The notes: a model not told the origin generated them from the sequence alone. A DNA stretch of 63,539 bases, filler included, from Rhabdomonas costata (GCA_019059605.1; 29 parts of 29 records of this genome joined end to end with filler, not necessarily neighbours in it); one strand, 5' to 3'. Counted from the first letter of the whole stretch, positions 49,756 through 63,211 are shown. Program-made: numbers and translations.

Positions 49756-51949
49756 TTTGAAGAGAGAACGGCTGTGCGTGTGCTGCAATCCTACATAGTC
49801 TCTGTTCCGCCTCCCTTCCCTTTGGAAGACGGAGGCGGTGTACTTTACCTTTCGTTTACACGGGACACTTTTCACCTTACGGGTTCGCGGTGTCCCGGGG
49901 ACTTTGCTGAAGAGCGACGGGATTATTTTCGGGCCTGAAGCCGCCGTGGGCCGAACGTTGTTTCCAACCAACAAGAAAAGGCGCCTGACGGGTTGCCCTG
50001 GTGGCGATGTACGTCGAAATGAAGCATGCACACTGAACCACTGAATCGGCCCCCTTGGTTTATTTTGTCCTTCACCGTAAAGCGGCGTTTTACCGTTTAA
50101 CCAGTGGGGGGGTAGGACAGGGGAAGGGGTCGGAGAAAAGAGGTCATAATGACTGTGAGGGATGGTTAGATTCTGAGAAATTTTCAGAATTCAGGATGGT
50201 CCGAACGAAAAAATGTTGACGTGTCGGTGAGTTGCGACCCTTTTTGGAATGAAGGTTTCTTCGAAAACTCCCGTCGACTGTAAAGCGCCGAATGCACCGG
50301 GGCGCAGCCTCGTTTGTAACACAGGCACCCCAGGGCAAGCGCGGCCTCCTGGAAAGCGCTGGAAACATTTCACACACACNNNNNNNNNNNNNNNNNNNNN
50401 NNNNNNNNNNNNNNNNNNNNNNNTTAATTAATTAANNNNNNNNNNNNNNNNNNNNNNNNNNNNNNNNNNNNNNNNNNNNGTGGTTGTGGTTTGTGTTGGT
50501 TGCCTTCGTTGTGTTCTGGGTTCCTTTGCTAGTAGTATCAACTCATGCCTTTTACTCTATGCGTATTCTGCGCATGATTTTGTGCGTGATTGCGGGTACA
50601 TAGAGATTCCACAATCACAGACTACACTACTGTGAGAATGCCAGCTAATTTCACAGAATACGCATAGAGTAAAAGGCATGAGTTGATACTACTACGCATA
50701 TGAGCCCAGATACAGAAAGCTTCAAACACAAATGTGGGAATACTGCGAAGTGGAGGTCGCCTAGACCGACACCTCTAGTAAATGGAACCCAGAAGTACAA
50801 TACCATAATGAGAGATCCAGACCACAATTCCTCCAGCCAACCTACACATCACCAGGTACCAATCAGAGTGTTGTGTTGGAGTGGCGGCAAATACGTGTGG
50901 TGCCTGTACTCTGAAACCCCAACATTATACACTACTCATGCTACTCTTTCGCTACGCTACTGAACAAACAAGTTACATAAAAATCCGATAAATACAGATA
51001 TTTGTAGGGAAGAAACGTGCATAGGATAGGGACTTTTTCCAAGAGCCGATCCGCAGGAAAACATTGAAATCTATGTTTTCTTGTTTTGTGATTCCACTTG
51101 ATTATTACTAATCTTGCAAATGATGGTTTAATCCAACCCGAGCAAGCTCCAAACCATAGCAGAACACAAAAATGTAGATTCCATTACATAATTGCGCCAA
51201 AACTCTAAGATTCAGTATACAATACCATTAATAACAGCAAATCTGGTTCATACAGAGTGGCCTTGTCGTTTCTGTATATAACATACATTTCAGCAATGGC
51301 CACAAAAAGGCAAAGTGTAATTGGGCTTTATGGAGCTGGTGGTGTGACAAGCGCACCTTTGCTTTAAATCGCTTTCCTTTGAATGCTACGTATATAACCA
51401 CGTTTCAGGTGTTTTTTTGTTTGAACCACCACAACAAAATCTTAAGAATTCATCGCCAAAACAATCCTCTGTTCACAGGTCGTGCGAATAAAATTGTGGT
51501 ACATATGTGATGGATTTGAAGTAGAAGATAAGTGAAATTAAAAATCTAAATTACACAGAAAATGGCTATAAATTATAGGCTGGTTTTGGGATACTGATTT
51601 TGAATACGGTGGTGGACAGTTCGGTGCTCACTGGAGTTTCCTCTGGACGACACACAATCCTTGGCACACACTTAGATTGTTGGTACCTCAGTAAACGGCT
51701 CAGAACGTAGTGGAATGAATGAGCACGAACAAATATGTATAAAACAGAGGTGAAATACGCGTTTGGTCTGCTGCCATGATAATTAGTACCACGATAACAA
51801 TTCACAAGCGTATTTAATTTGCTCCAAAGCACAAACAAAAACGTTCCCACCACTTAAAAAAATCACAAAAGCCAGCCATTAAGTACATATCACTTCAGGA
51901 GATCCGAAACCGCGGCGCCTTGCATCTACATGCGGAAATTACCTTAAAA

Positions 51950-52233
51950 CAGACCACTGATGGCATTCCGCAAAAGAGTTGCGATGTTTATGTGCCACTG
52001 CTGCTTCAAAAGGACCGCTGCTGTGTGGCCATTTATACATTCTGCTCTGTGGTAAGCATTGACTCCATATAAAGGATATGAATATTGAACGCCGTATCAT
52101 GGATAGTGGTGCAAAAAGTGGGGTTCATTGACTTAACAACGGTTTTTACTTTCAGAAGATTTGACACAGCGGAGCTCTGGTCACATGCAGCGGCGTAGTG
52201 GAGTGTGATCGCATTAAATTTGTTTATCCTCAA
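51950..52233 (-). pseudogene. Decayed ankyrin-repeat sequence
   Basis: ITLHYAAACDQSSAVSNLL, TTIHDTAFNIH and NGHTA remnants with stops and frameshifts in AT-rich DNA. Confidence 0.45.
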
Positions 52234-52672
52234 ATTTTGTTCTTAAATACAACGCCAAGACCAAACATTTACCGGAATTTTCACGCAAATCAACAGTAGA
52301 AACCCAAAACATCTTGTATTTACACAAAACGCCACTACTCTATACTTCAAAAACGTCCTCTGTAACATCGAAGCAATAGACCATGGCGCATTTTGATAGT
52401 GTACCAAATATGAAAACATGAATATATTCAAATATGAATATAGCATTGGTTTGATAAAATTGGAGAAGTGTAAACGTTTCAAAAATTTGTTCCTCATTGT
52501 GATTTATTAAACTGTTTCGTCGTAGATTTGGTTTAGGCTTGTTTTAAGTTTATGACATTGTGACTGCTGTTTNNNNNNNNNNNNNNNNNNNNNNNNNNNN
52601 NNNNNNNNNNNNNNNNTTAATTAATTAANNNNNNNNNNNNNNNNNNNNNNNNNNNNNNNNNNNNNNNNNNNN

Positions 52673-54359
52673 AGATACCCTGCGGTGCTGTACAGGGGCT
52701 CCGCATTAGGGGCCTGGGAGTCGCAGTCCGTGCCCGAAACCACGCGGGCCACATCCAGACCTACCCCAGGCTGCAGCCCAGGCCCGCTGAAGGTAAACGT
52801 CTGGTTCGTGCAGCCAGCCTGAGGGAGAGAGAGAATGCAAACACAGGCAATTGTCCTTCCCGCCTTGAAACGAACGCCGTCCTTCTCGCCGTGAAAGCGT
52901 TTGGAGATCGGCCGAGTATTTTCAGGCTCTTCCTGGTCTCCTTTGAAATATGTTGAAATGTAAATGAACTACGATGGAAAACCAGATGTGGATATCAACG
53001 GAAAACCAACAACTCGGAAAGAAAAAGCAGGAAGCGTTGGTGCAAGCACAAGGGGTGCAAGCACAAGCAGCGTGTAAGGGTAGACTCAAAGGGTCGCTGT
53101 CCCCCAACACCGTGAACCATGGCTGGTCCATGACCGCATACCACATTTTTAGTTCCTCTGTTCTTGGACTGTCTCCTATTGATGGATGGATGGTTTATCT
53201 CGGGTGCCAAGGCCAGACGCGGTGCGGGGGGAACCACCCCTCCCATCTTGCACCCACAACCCAGCATTGGTTCGTTTTGCTGCGTCAGTACCTTTTATTC
53301 CGAAAACTGTTGTGTCACGTTCGCGATCCATCGTTAACGGAGGAGGGAGGGGGTCGAGTTCAAGAATGTGCCCGCAGCCCGCAGAAAGGAGGGCAGGGAC
53401 GTGAAACCAATGGTTTCCACATACCACTAGCGTAGTATTCCAACTGTACCCCGAGGGCCCACAGACGTTCAGCAAGGACATCGCCACGAAGCCTCCTCCG
53501 GCCGCCTTGTAGCACACCACGAAGGTTCCCCCTCTCTGGAAGGTGGTGTTGTACCGCGCGGAAGTTCCCCCGCTGCCGAAGAGAAAGTTGGTGTTCCCGC
53601 TCTGCAGGGTCTCAGGGATGCTAGCGGAGCAGTTCCAGACCCCACCCGCCGACAGGGGGACGATCCGGACCTGATCCCAATTGGGACCCGTCACCAGAGC
53701 ATTCCCGGTGAAGTTCAGGACGACCGGGATCCCCGTGGGCACGCATGAGGCGTTGGTCCGTAGCGGGGTGCTGAAGTTGGTGGAGTTCGGCCCGGTGACG
53801 TTCAGCGCCGGAAGCTGCACCGTGCTGCAGTTGGCCGCGGTGTAGCACACGGAGAGCGAGGGGAAGCCGAGTAGGAAGGTCGTCTGGATGGTCGCCATGG
53901 TGCCCCCGTTGGAGACGGTGACTGTCTGGGGAACCGGAGCCAGCTGGGGGATCACCACGTATGGCTTGACGTAGCAGCTGTTGCCGTAGATGATGTCGAT
54001 GTGGTCGGAGGCCTGCAGGCCTGTGCCCAGGACGGTCACGGTAACGGGAACGCCGGTGGGCGGGGGGTTTGGGCTGGCGGTGTAGTTCGCCGCGCCGACC
54101 AGCACAAGAACCGGGGAGACCGCAACAAAGCCCCCTCCGACGATCTGGTAGCACACCCCGTAGATCCCACCCTGGGTCACGGTAGTGTTATAGACCGTGC
54201 GGGAGGCGTTGGTGCGGTCGGGCTGGAGGTTACTGCGGAAGTTGCTGGAGTTGGTGCCAGGGGCGCTCGTGAAGGCGCCCTGGGCTATCTTCATGCAGCT
54301 GCTGGGGTCGGCGACCAGATACACGGTGTCCCCCAAGGGCCCAGAGGAAAGCCCCAGGC
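52673..54359 (-). CDS. Large extracellular protein with ~105-aa Ig-like repeats, exons 54359-53428 and 52818-52673
   Basis: Recurrent unit G.GL….D.V.(L/I)V….C…T.…G.(Y/F).VCY….GG.F; many N-x-S/T sites; phase-0 GT-AG join. Confidence 0.82.
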
Positions 54360-55488
54360 CTAAACAGGAGCGGAGTGGGACAGGGAACAGTCCGGCATTC
54401 CTACCAAACCGACTCTTTGGTCCAAATTGCAGCACATTCAGGAGTTCTTGCGAATGAAGCTGTCCAGCCAAGGGCAGCAGGAAGTTGAAGACTTTCTACT
54501 TTGACTTTGGGAAAGTTGTGTCTGTTTTCCAACGGGTGGCACTGCACAGAAGCAAAGACGTGGGTTGCAATACAAAAGCAAAGCAAGAAGATATACAATG
54601 CTTGCTTACCTTCATTCCTGCACCGCATCCTAATTTTGCGATCTTCCTTCCGAACAGGGGTGCACAAACAGATGTCCGTTGTGGTACATCGCCTGCTAAA
54701 GTTAGAGCGGCAGTACGTGAGAGAGCTTCCCATGAGAGACCAACCACACAGAGGGGGGGGGGGGGNNNNNNNNNNNNNNNNNNNNNNNNNNNNNNNNNNN
54801 NNNNNNNNNTTAATTAATTAANNNNNNNNNNNNNNNNNNNNNNNNNNNNNNNNNNNNNNNNNNNNCCTGGGCTTCCTGGGCACGGGCAGGGGCTGGCGTG
54901 CGCGCCTGCCTCGGGGCTGTCGATGTTTGTGAACCTGAACGCGACGGTGTGCAACGACACGGTGAACTTCCCTGGGAGCAACTGCAAGTGTGCTGTGCAT
55001 TTCGGTTTGCCTTGGTGTTGTCCCTCTGTAATCTTCTGTATTCCTGTTTAATGCTAATGTCGCCGAGGTGTAGATGAGCCCGCTTTGCCGTCTTTTTGAG
55101 AGAGTAGTGCTCCTTTTTTCCTTTCGGAACACAGTGCGAGGTTTTATTCGCTGCCGAAATGCAGAGGCGAATAATTGCAAGTATGCTATTTCTGCAGATA
55201 GCAAAGGCTACCTCAGCCATATTAAAGCAGGTGCCCCAGCATATTTGCGAAAGCATTCCGTAAACATTGATTCTCGTTGCTGTCTGCGACAGTCTGCGTG
55301 GTTGCGTCTTTTTTCGGGTTTGCCCTGATTATCGAGATGCAGAGGAAAATCCTGCTTTTCGTCAGAGAGCAGAGCTGCTGTCGCTGTGTGAGTAGTGCAG
55401 TTAGAAATTAGAAAGAATGGGGGTTGTGGATGTGTTTTTTATTCTGCTTTCGGCGTTGCTCTGGAGCTGTTCATCTCCTGGATCGCAG

Positions 55489-56360
55489 CCTGGTGGGGTC
55501 GGAGACTTACCTGAACAATCCCACCACTCTGATGCCGATGTGGAACCGATTGATGGTGTTCAAGCCCAACGGCGACTCCATGATCAACCCCGGGATGCTC
55601 AATGGGGCGTACTCCCGAGCCCTTAGCTCGGGGTGGCGGTCGAGCGCGGCCAACCTGTTCAACCCAGGTCACTTCCCTCACTCTCGATGCAAACGGTCCC
55701 ATGGCCTATAGTTATCAAGGCCAATTATCTTGCGCCCTTCCCCCCTCCCTCCCCTCCCGCATTTGGTCTCTTTCATTTTCTGGTCTCTCACTCAATTGAA
55801 TATCTCTTGTGGTGGCGAGCTGAAAGTGATTATGCATGCATCGCGTGGAATTTGGTAAATGCGCGACCATGTGTATTGGTGGTTACCCCGACTCGTACCC
55901 CGACTCGACTGTCACTATCCATGCGGCCTTTCGATTCCTTATATAGTCTTGAAGTTGAAGTCTTTTCCGCTTTCTTGAGAAAACCTCTTGTACAGTTCGC
56001 GCATTCATGGAAATTCAGGGACGTGGGATTGCAGGGTACTCGGACATCTACTTCACCCCCACCACTCCGATCTTCCTCATCCTGGAGGTCAACGTGTGCG
56101 TCGTGAGCGGCCCCGGGGGCAGCTGTGTGGGGCAGCTGGGGAAGGACCTTCTGCTGAAGTTCCTGGGGGAGTTCCTGCACAACCTGGTGACGCAGAGCAG
56201 CCTGCTTTCGAAGGGGGGCCGGGCGTTCAGCTATGAGACCACGGGGAACCTTACGGGAGCGAGCCACGGGGCGATCTTCACGGCGGGATCGGACGGGAGC
56301 CTGACGCGACTGGCGGTGTGGCAGAGCAACGACAGCACGACGGCGGTGGCTGGGGAGCTT
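55489..56360 (+). CDS. dCache-type sensor domain, exons 55489-55667 and 56035-56360
   Basis: Phase-1 join gives GWRSSAANLFNPGYSDIYF…CVGQLGKDLLLKFLGEFLHNL…GGRAFSYETTGNLTGAS, the dCache_1 'S.PY…G..G.D+.L..L..FL…G.AF..D..G.L' pattern. Confidence 0.72.
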
Positions 56361-57059
56361 GTGCGGCAAAGCCTTGGCCTTCCACTCACTGTGGGCCCCC
56401 TGGGTGTGCTTGTGTGTCTCTGCTATGCGTCGGAGGCTCTTTTTTTGGGCTTCCTCCTTCGTTTCCTCCCCTCTGTTCTCCTTTGTTGTGATATGTTGGG
56501 TGCTTTTGTTCAATGGGAACACCTTCTTCAAAAATCTGGAATGCCCGCCCACGTCCGATCCCTGGTCAGTTCTTGCTTCTCTCAGAGCTCTTCATTGTGC
56601 TGGTTTGGGTGGTAAATGTGAGAACCCTCCTCCCACCAACAGGTACACCAACAGGGAGACCATGAATACCACAACGCACAGCACCAGAGCAGACGCAGCA
56701 ACACCAGCCACTACCTGCGACACCAACGCTGAGACCATTAGCCATGACACCAAGAGTAACGGCACGACACCAACCAGAGCCAAGATCCACAACAAAGCAG
56801 CCAACAACCCCAACACTCAACCCCAACACCAACAGTGAGACCAAGAACACCAGACCAGGCACAACAACAGCAGACTCGCCGAATCACAGACCAGCCAACC
56901 ACACCAACGCGATGAAACGGTGAAGAACACAGCTCAACACAACGACAGACCAACAAACCNNNNNNNNNNNNNNNNNNNNNNNNNNNNNNNNNNNNNNNNN
57001 NNNTTAATTAATTAANNNNNNNNNNNNNNNNNNNNNNNNNNNNNNNNNNNNNNNNNNNN

Positions 57060-57901
57060 TTTGGGGGGGAGGCAGCGCGAGGAGGAGGCCAAGCAGAAGC
57101 TGCTGGTGCCTGCTTGTGCGTGCATTGCTCGCTCGGCGAAGTTCCGAGCAATGAGAGCGAATTTTTTCTCGTCACACGGTCGCTTTGATTCGCACCCGTA
57201 CACCTCCCCCTTTACGGAGTCAATCCTCCTGGGTTTTCGCAGTAGTGCCAAAAAAAAACTTCGCAAGCCCTAAACCACCTGGAAAGCCATGATGATTGTT
57301 GATGGGAGTCCAACGGGTGGATAAGGAAATTTAAGGCAGAGCATTGCGAGTATGGGAGTATGGGAGTAGCCACATCCAAACTGGGAAAGGGGGATCAGTG
57401 TGCCCTCTGAGTGTGAGTGTGAGGGGATAATAATAATAATATGCTACGACACCAGATTGTACGATGCAGCACGGTACATGAGCCCCCAAGAATAGAAAAG
57501 GCTGCGTGTGGCGCCCTTTCCCCACGTCTTTGCACCCGAGGACATCAACGGCACCTCTGCGCGGCGGTATTTCAACCACACCAAGCCCACCCCTTAGCTT
57601 ACAGAAAGTCAAACCCCCAGGGCCGCGTACCTTGCCCGTGTGCTTATTATTATTTTTCACGTCTGCACCTCGAAATTTCAGTCGCGAGGATGGGAATTTA
57701 AATAGTTGGTGATTGCATTGAGATGCAGCACGTGTGAAGTGTGTGAAGTGAGGCTTGACATTTTGGGTTTGCCCTCCTTCTCCCAGACTAACTCTACTAC
57801 GGTCGCCTCCTGTTTTTCAGGAAGAAGAGGAGCGGAAGCGGCTTGAGGAGGAGGAGGCTCGAAAGAAGAAGAAGAGGCGGCCAAAGCCTGAGAAGAAGTA
57901 A
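57060..57901 (+). CDS. Last exons (~57060-57105, 57821-57901) of an E/R/K-rich helical protein
   Basis: QREEEAKQKLL|EEEERKRLEEEEARKKKKRRPKPEKK*, GT-AG bounded. Confidence 0.6.
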
Positions 57902-60183
57902 AGGCAAAGAGAGCGAGATTGACAGAGGGTGACGGGTGCACAAGCTCGAGTGTAGAACGATGCGTTCTCTCAGAGAGAAGAGCTCGACGATTTGGATTTC
58001 CATTTCCATTCTATACAGTCTTGCTTTCTTCAGGTTGCCCTACCCCCCCACCACCACCTTTCCAAGGAGTCAAATTGCATCCATGTATGCATCTTTCCTG
58101 TTGCATGTGCCCAGTGGTGATGGGTGTTTTGTTTTTAGTCCTGGGGGACGGTCCTGAAGGAAACCCGAGGTGATTGTCGGGAATGTTGAGTGTTGCATCT
58201 CACCTTTCTTTTCAGCAATTCCTTCTCAGCATGGGAGACCCGTGGTTTGTCTCAGACGCACACGCGGCTGTGTAGCTTCCATTCAGCTTCGCTTTTCGAG
58301 TTGGAGCAGCAGGTGGTTTTTGGCATGGAATGGAGGTACAGAATCAAATTCGCCGGCGGGATCGTGTTTCAGGCCAGGAATTTCATTTCTGTCGTTTCTG
58401 CCCTACATACTGCATCACACACTCACAAGAACCGTACACATAGATTAGGAGACAAATGGATAAGCAGAGATCGGCACGGTTGACAACAGCATGCGCAACA
58501 TCATCACTTACAGACACACTCCATAACCACCTATCGACATCACAAGCATCCAGAGCACAACCAAGCTCACCCAACCCACGAATAGATCACCATAGCCCAT
58601 CACACACATACACCATTTCCTACATGCCCAACACCACTTACATCAGTAACAACACCACAAGAGGGACAACACACACACACACACTATGATACACACATAC
58701 AAATACGCTACACCTACACCAACCCACACCAGCCCACTACCAGAGCACCACCAGCACCAGCACTAGCACCAGCACCAGCACATATACACCATCACATTCG
58801 CACACTACCCTAACCAAATCACACCATGCATAACTTGAAGTTACAGACCGCATACGCTCCCAACCCACATAGCCCATCACATACACACAAGCCCCAGCAC
58901 AACACCCAACCCACGTCATACCAAACCAGATAAACCCAACGCAACAAACACATAGACATCCTCACACTCCCCGAATCCAGAACGACGAAAGACCGACAAA
59001 TAGAATCAAACCAAGAGAACCACGCACAGATCGGGGCTGAAATGGTCTGCTTAAGAACCTCGCGGGAAGCCACCACCACCGCGAGCGAGCCAAGGTGGCG
59101 TCAAGGCGGCGCAGCCGTGGCAACACGGCCCGCCCCAAGAAAGACAAAAAAACNNNNNNNNNNNNNNNNNNNNNNNNNNNNNNNNNNNNNNNNNNNNTTA
59201 ATTAATTAANNNNNNNNNNNNNNNNNNNNNNNNNNNNNNNNNNNNNNNNNNNNGAAGAGAATGCGCTTCGTTCTCCCTGCCGTAGGTCTGCAGCATACAT
59301 TTCTCCTTTTTCCGCTGAAGTGTGTATTTTGCCGCGCTTTAGGCATACACAATTGTTTTCGATACTTCTGGGATGGCACGTTGCAAACTGCGAAGTCAAA
59401 GAAGAAAATAAATTTCAGCACAGGCCTAAGCGTGATTACAATTCTCTCGCTGTTTTGTGCAGTTGAAGACTTTAATCGATAAATACGGGCAGTTCCGTGA
59501 GTCGAATGCTGTGGATTCATCTTGTCCACATGGTGTGTTGGTTTGGGGAGAGGGGTGAGTGCGAGGTTGCCGCTTGAGCTTCCCACTATCTCTTCACTGT
59601 GTTTTAAGTCCGATACTTGAAGGAAGCCCCTGTGTCATGGAAATGGGGAAGGTAGGAAGTAGTATGCAGTCTACTGTGTTTCCTTTTTCCGTTCGTTGTT
59701 TGCAGAGTCCATGGACATGGCTTTTGGAGGGAGCGTAGTTCGTGACGCGGAGTGGGAGCGCACGTACCAGGACCTTTTTGAGAGGCATAGCCTGATTCTC
59801 CTGGAGTCCGATGCCCTGCGGATTGCCGCCGCCGGCCTTATTAGCGGCGGCTGCGTGAATGCTGTTCTGTTTGCCGAGCACTGCCTGCATTGGGCTTCAG
59901 AACGGTGTGCCTCTACGAACAAACAACAACAACTTATGGTATGCCTCTCCCAGAGATCGCAAATCCGATTTATGTGGTGGATGGGGCGGGGGGGTTCTCT
60001 TGCGGTGGGATTGCTTTGTCTTTGGCGTTGTCTGCTCTGAGCGTCGAGCATGCTTTATGATCTCTGTGGGGCAAGGGGTTTTAAGTTGGTGCTGTCACAG
60101 TTTTCCTAACCCTTTCAAATGATATCGTTAATACCAAGTCATTTTATGTTGTCATTTGTATCTTGGGCCGATCTGTTTTCTAG

Positions 60184-61307
60184 ACCAACCGTGTCCGGTG
60201 ATCGAAGTATTTCGTGACTGCCTCGAAGAGCATGTCGATCACCAGAACCAGTTCCTCAAAAACCTGTGCTTTGCTGCCAAGACGATTCTTGGTAATCCTC
60301 TGCACAGGCGGTTCGCAAACCAATCTCACCCGTCACATTTACTCTCTCCCACCCTCAGGTATCCAGAAAATGTGCTGGCGGTGGCCACCTGTCGGTGGTG
60401 GACTGCAGGGGAGGAGGACCCCGCCCGCCTGGCACCGTACCGCGTCATCAACAACGCGCTGCGGCCCTCGGGGCGGAAGACAGCCGCCTCACTGGATCTC
60501 GTTATGCCCGCAGTTTGCCTGCTGACTTGGGCCCTGGAGAGCCTTCCACGCACCCCAGAGCTGGCTCGGAAACCCACCGATGTGTACCGTGTGCTGCCGT
60601 GACTGTTTCCGAGCCCTCAGGCGTACGACCCCAAGACCCACTTCCACGAGGGCACCGTCATTGCCACGTATGACTTCCGCGCCGCTAGCCGGTCCCTGGC
60701 CATTGCAGCAAACCCGAACTTCTCAAAACCTCGTTGGGTGGGCGAGGAGATGCAGGACAAAAGCCATTTCCTGCTTATAGCAGATTTGCTTCCTGGGATC
60801 GATCTGGATGAAATCTACACTGCCGCGGCTTCCGCACCCAGCCGGCGCTGTGGGCATATTGAGGGCACCAGCTATGACTACGAATTGTGTGAGTCTTCTT
60901 CTGCCGAGCCTCCTGGGGAGCAGAATCAAGGTGGCTCAGCACTGGCTCCCAAGGAGATTCTTTTGTCCAGTGTGGTCAGTGGGGGCGTGGTGCGGGCCTT
61001 CTCCACATGCAACTTCTGCACGCACTTTGTAATTGAGAAAGCAGTGGTGCCCTATGTAGCCCCGCTGAGCTACTTCCCTGAGGAGGACGAGGTGCTATTC
61101 TCGCCGCTGTCCCGGTTTCTGGTGCGGGAGGTGGAGTGCAACTTCCCCAGGAACCCGGACAAGGTCACACTCACGTTTCTAAACCCTGCGGTACGGGAGG
61201 GCATTGCCGCTGTTGTTGCTGAGTCGTTCCCGTTGGTCGCCTCGGGAAGTGTTGCGTCTGGAGGCCACCGGAACCCCCTCCTTCCCACTTTGCCCACGAC
61301 ATTGTAG
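60184..61307 (+). CDS. NAD:arginine-type ADP-ribosyltransferase (R-S-ExE) domain with one in-frame TGA (60600-60602)
   Basis: ORFs 60156-60602 and 60738-61307 share a frame that is open between them: YRVINNALR…ALESLP…VYRVLP*LFPSP..YDPKTHF..G…YDFRAAS…FVIE…LSYFPEEDEVLFSPLSRFLV. A probable upstream exon lies at ~59706-59854. Confidence 0.8.
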
Positions 61308-62003
61308 GATAAGTTCGGAGGCTAGGAACAAGGAACGTTGGTTTTTNNNNNNNNNNNNNNNNNNNNNNNNNNNNNNNNNNNNNNNNNNNNTTAATTAATT
61401 AANNNNNNNNNNNNNNNNNNNNNNNNNNNNNNNNNNNNNNNNNNNNTGTGGTGTGTGACTGAGCTGAAGAAAGCTTAAGACAAAGCTTCTGAAGCCCTGG
61501 CCTTCATCTGCGACAGGGCCACGTCGCTTTCACCTCTCAACACCCTTTCCAGACACAGAGCCTCGTCCCGTTTTGGCAGTACGGTTTCGAAAGCCCACAT
61601 AAGTGGGAAAGACTGGGGCTGGAATTCTCATTTACGACTTGTACGGGGGCACGAGCACGAGCCCTCTGAGCGCGTCCAAAAAGGGACGCGGAGGGGGGGG
61701 CTGTCGTGACACTGTCGTGCTGCAGTGAGCTTGTGCAGTGTGTTTCTCGCTCTGTGTTCTTGCTTTTGCTTTGCTTTTCTCATGCGCACCCTACCTTGAA
61801 AAGGCGTGCGGGAGTGCTGTAGGGGAAGACTGTTCCTTGCTGAAGGGGCATTATGAGGGTTATGAGGGTGCGCAAGTGTCAAACCCAAACGCACAGGGAA
61901 TGCATTCAGTTCCAGCCAAGCAATGCCCACACCCTCTTCTGCACTGGACGAACACACAGCTCCGGTTAAAGCGCGGGAATTATGCAGAAGAGGGAAGCTT
62001 TAC

Positions 62004-63211
62004 CTGGAGCTGTGCTCTGCGCCGAGGGGTACGTTTCCACCACGACACTGAGCTCACCCTTCACTAAACCTTCCAAAGCGAGAGAGTAAAAGAAGCTTCA
62101 ACAAGGCAAAGACCTCACCACGACTACATCACACATCTCAGAAAATGCATCTTCTTTGCACGAAATGAAAGTGCGAGAAAAGAATAGTGTAATAGGCCAA
62201 CGCTATATAATCAAACCCATCATTCCAATCATACTGACCCCGCCCCACCTCACGTGTACACAACACAGCAGACAACGCTGTTCAAGACCAAATTCCTTCT
62301 CCCGTGCTGTCGTGATCCCTCTCCTTCAATAATAGAGAATGCGGTTCCCGGGAGAGGCGTGCATTGGGTGACTTGCGCTGAGACAGCGGTTGCGAGCAAC
62401 CATCGAAGTCGTCCGCTGCTGCAGTGGCGGTCAGGGAGAGGGAAACCCACCCCGCCCACGGCCAAACCACTCCGCAGTGCCGGACCCGCGCCCGCAGCAG
62501 GCCAGACACCCCTTCCCCTCCCGCGGCGCGCCCGTGCTCCTCAAAGTGCGCACGAACAACCCTACCCCGCGCGGCATGGCCTGTGACACAAAGCATTCCA
62601 TTCCATACAAAAAATACATTACACACGAAACAAAAAACCACAACAACCGTTGCGCAGACTTGCCTGAAACATTCCACTGTGATTGTAACAGAATCTGCTA
62701 TAATTGAGCATAAAGACCTAAAGAAACGACATCAATGAGCCACCTCCCGACCCAAATCATAATTGTCCGAAAAAAACTTTTGGACCCACACACCCTGCAA
62801 ACAATACTAAAGCTTCATATCAAATTCTCTGTCTCGGAAATCTCATTGCCCACCACCAAGGTTAGTTAGTATTCGTTTGTTTGTTAATAGTAGTTAGACG
62901 AGGCCTCCAGAATACAACTGATCATTAAAATTGCACCCAAACATGAAATTAAGGACCGCGCCCTCATTCATTCACCCTGCCATCTGTGTCGCATGTTAGC
63001 TGCCCCTTCCCCCTCCTCTGAAGCCTAAAATTCAGCGCAAACTCAAACGGGTAGGCACCGTTGAGGATGGTGATGTTCACGACGTGGGGGCTTCCGGTGT
63101 GGAAAAGGGGCTGTGCGCAGTAGGGCCACATCCCAGGACAGACGTCGAGCCACAGCCGCCGCGGCACCAGACTGACGTGAGGCTCGTACTGCGCGGCCAA
63201 CTCAACCGCAC
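62004..63211 (-). CDS. MBTPS1: Site-1 protease (SKI-1/S1P subtilisin) homologue, exons 63211-63059, 62580-62401, 62069-62004
   Basis: Spliced: YEPHVSLVP..L.LDVCPGMWPYCAQPLFHTGSPHVVNITILNG…GRVV…VVWPWAGWVSLSL…DFDGLVKGELSVVV. This matches the S1P signatures CP.MWPYC.QP, N.TILNG and WPW.G. Confidence 0.9.

Noticed and set aside
48603-49770. Possible kinase N-lobe (RFRVGR… IALKRE)
   Set aside because: No GxGxxG motif can be assembled; the phase-consistent splice gives a different, non-kinase terminal exon.
50480-50694. 41-bp perfect inverted repeat (50530-50570 / 50654-50694), MITE-like
   Set aside because: Similarity continues with errors to the contig start, so it is likely a fold-back read with a low-quality tail.
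56620-59153. C/A-rich tracts (56620-56959, ~58490-59000) giving hydrophobic Val/Leu/Cys ORFs on the minus strand
   Set aside because: Low-complexity, G/T-poor sequence near contig ends. Most contigs show the same C/A end bias, which suggests poor read tails rather than membrane proteins.
2095-61446. Regularly spaced TTAATTAATTAA motif, and any operon-like reading of neighbouring genes
   Set aside because: It is an artificial linker; adjacent contigs are unrelated. Not a CRISPR array or a biological repeat.
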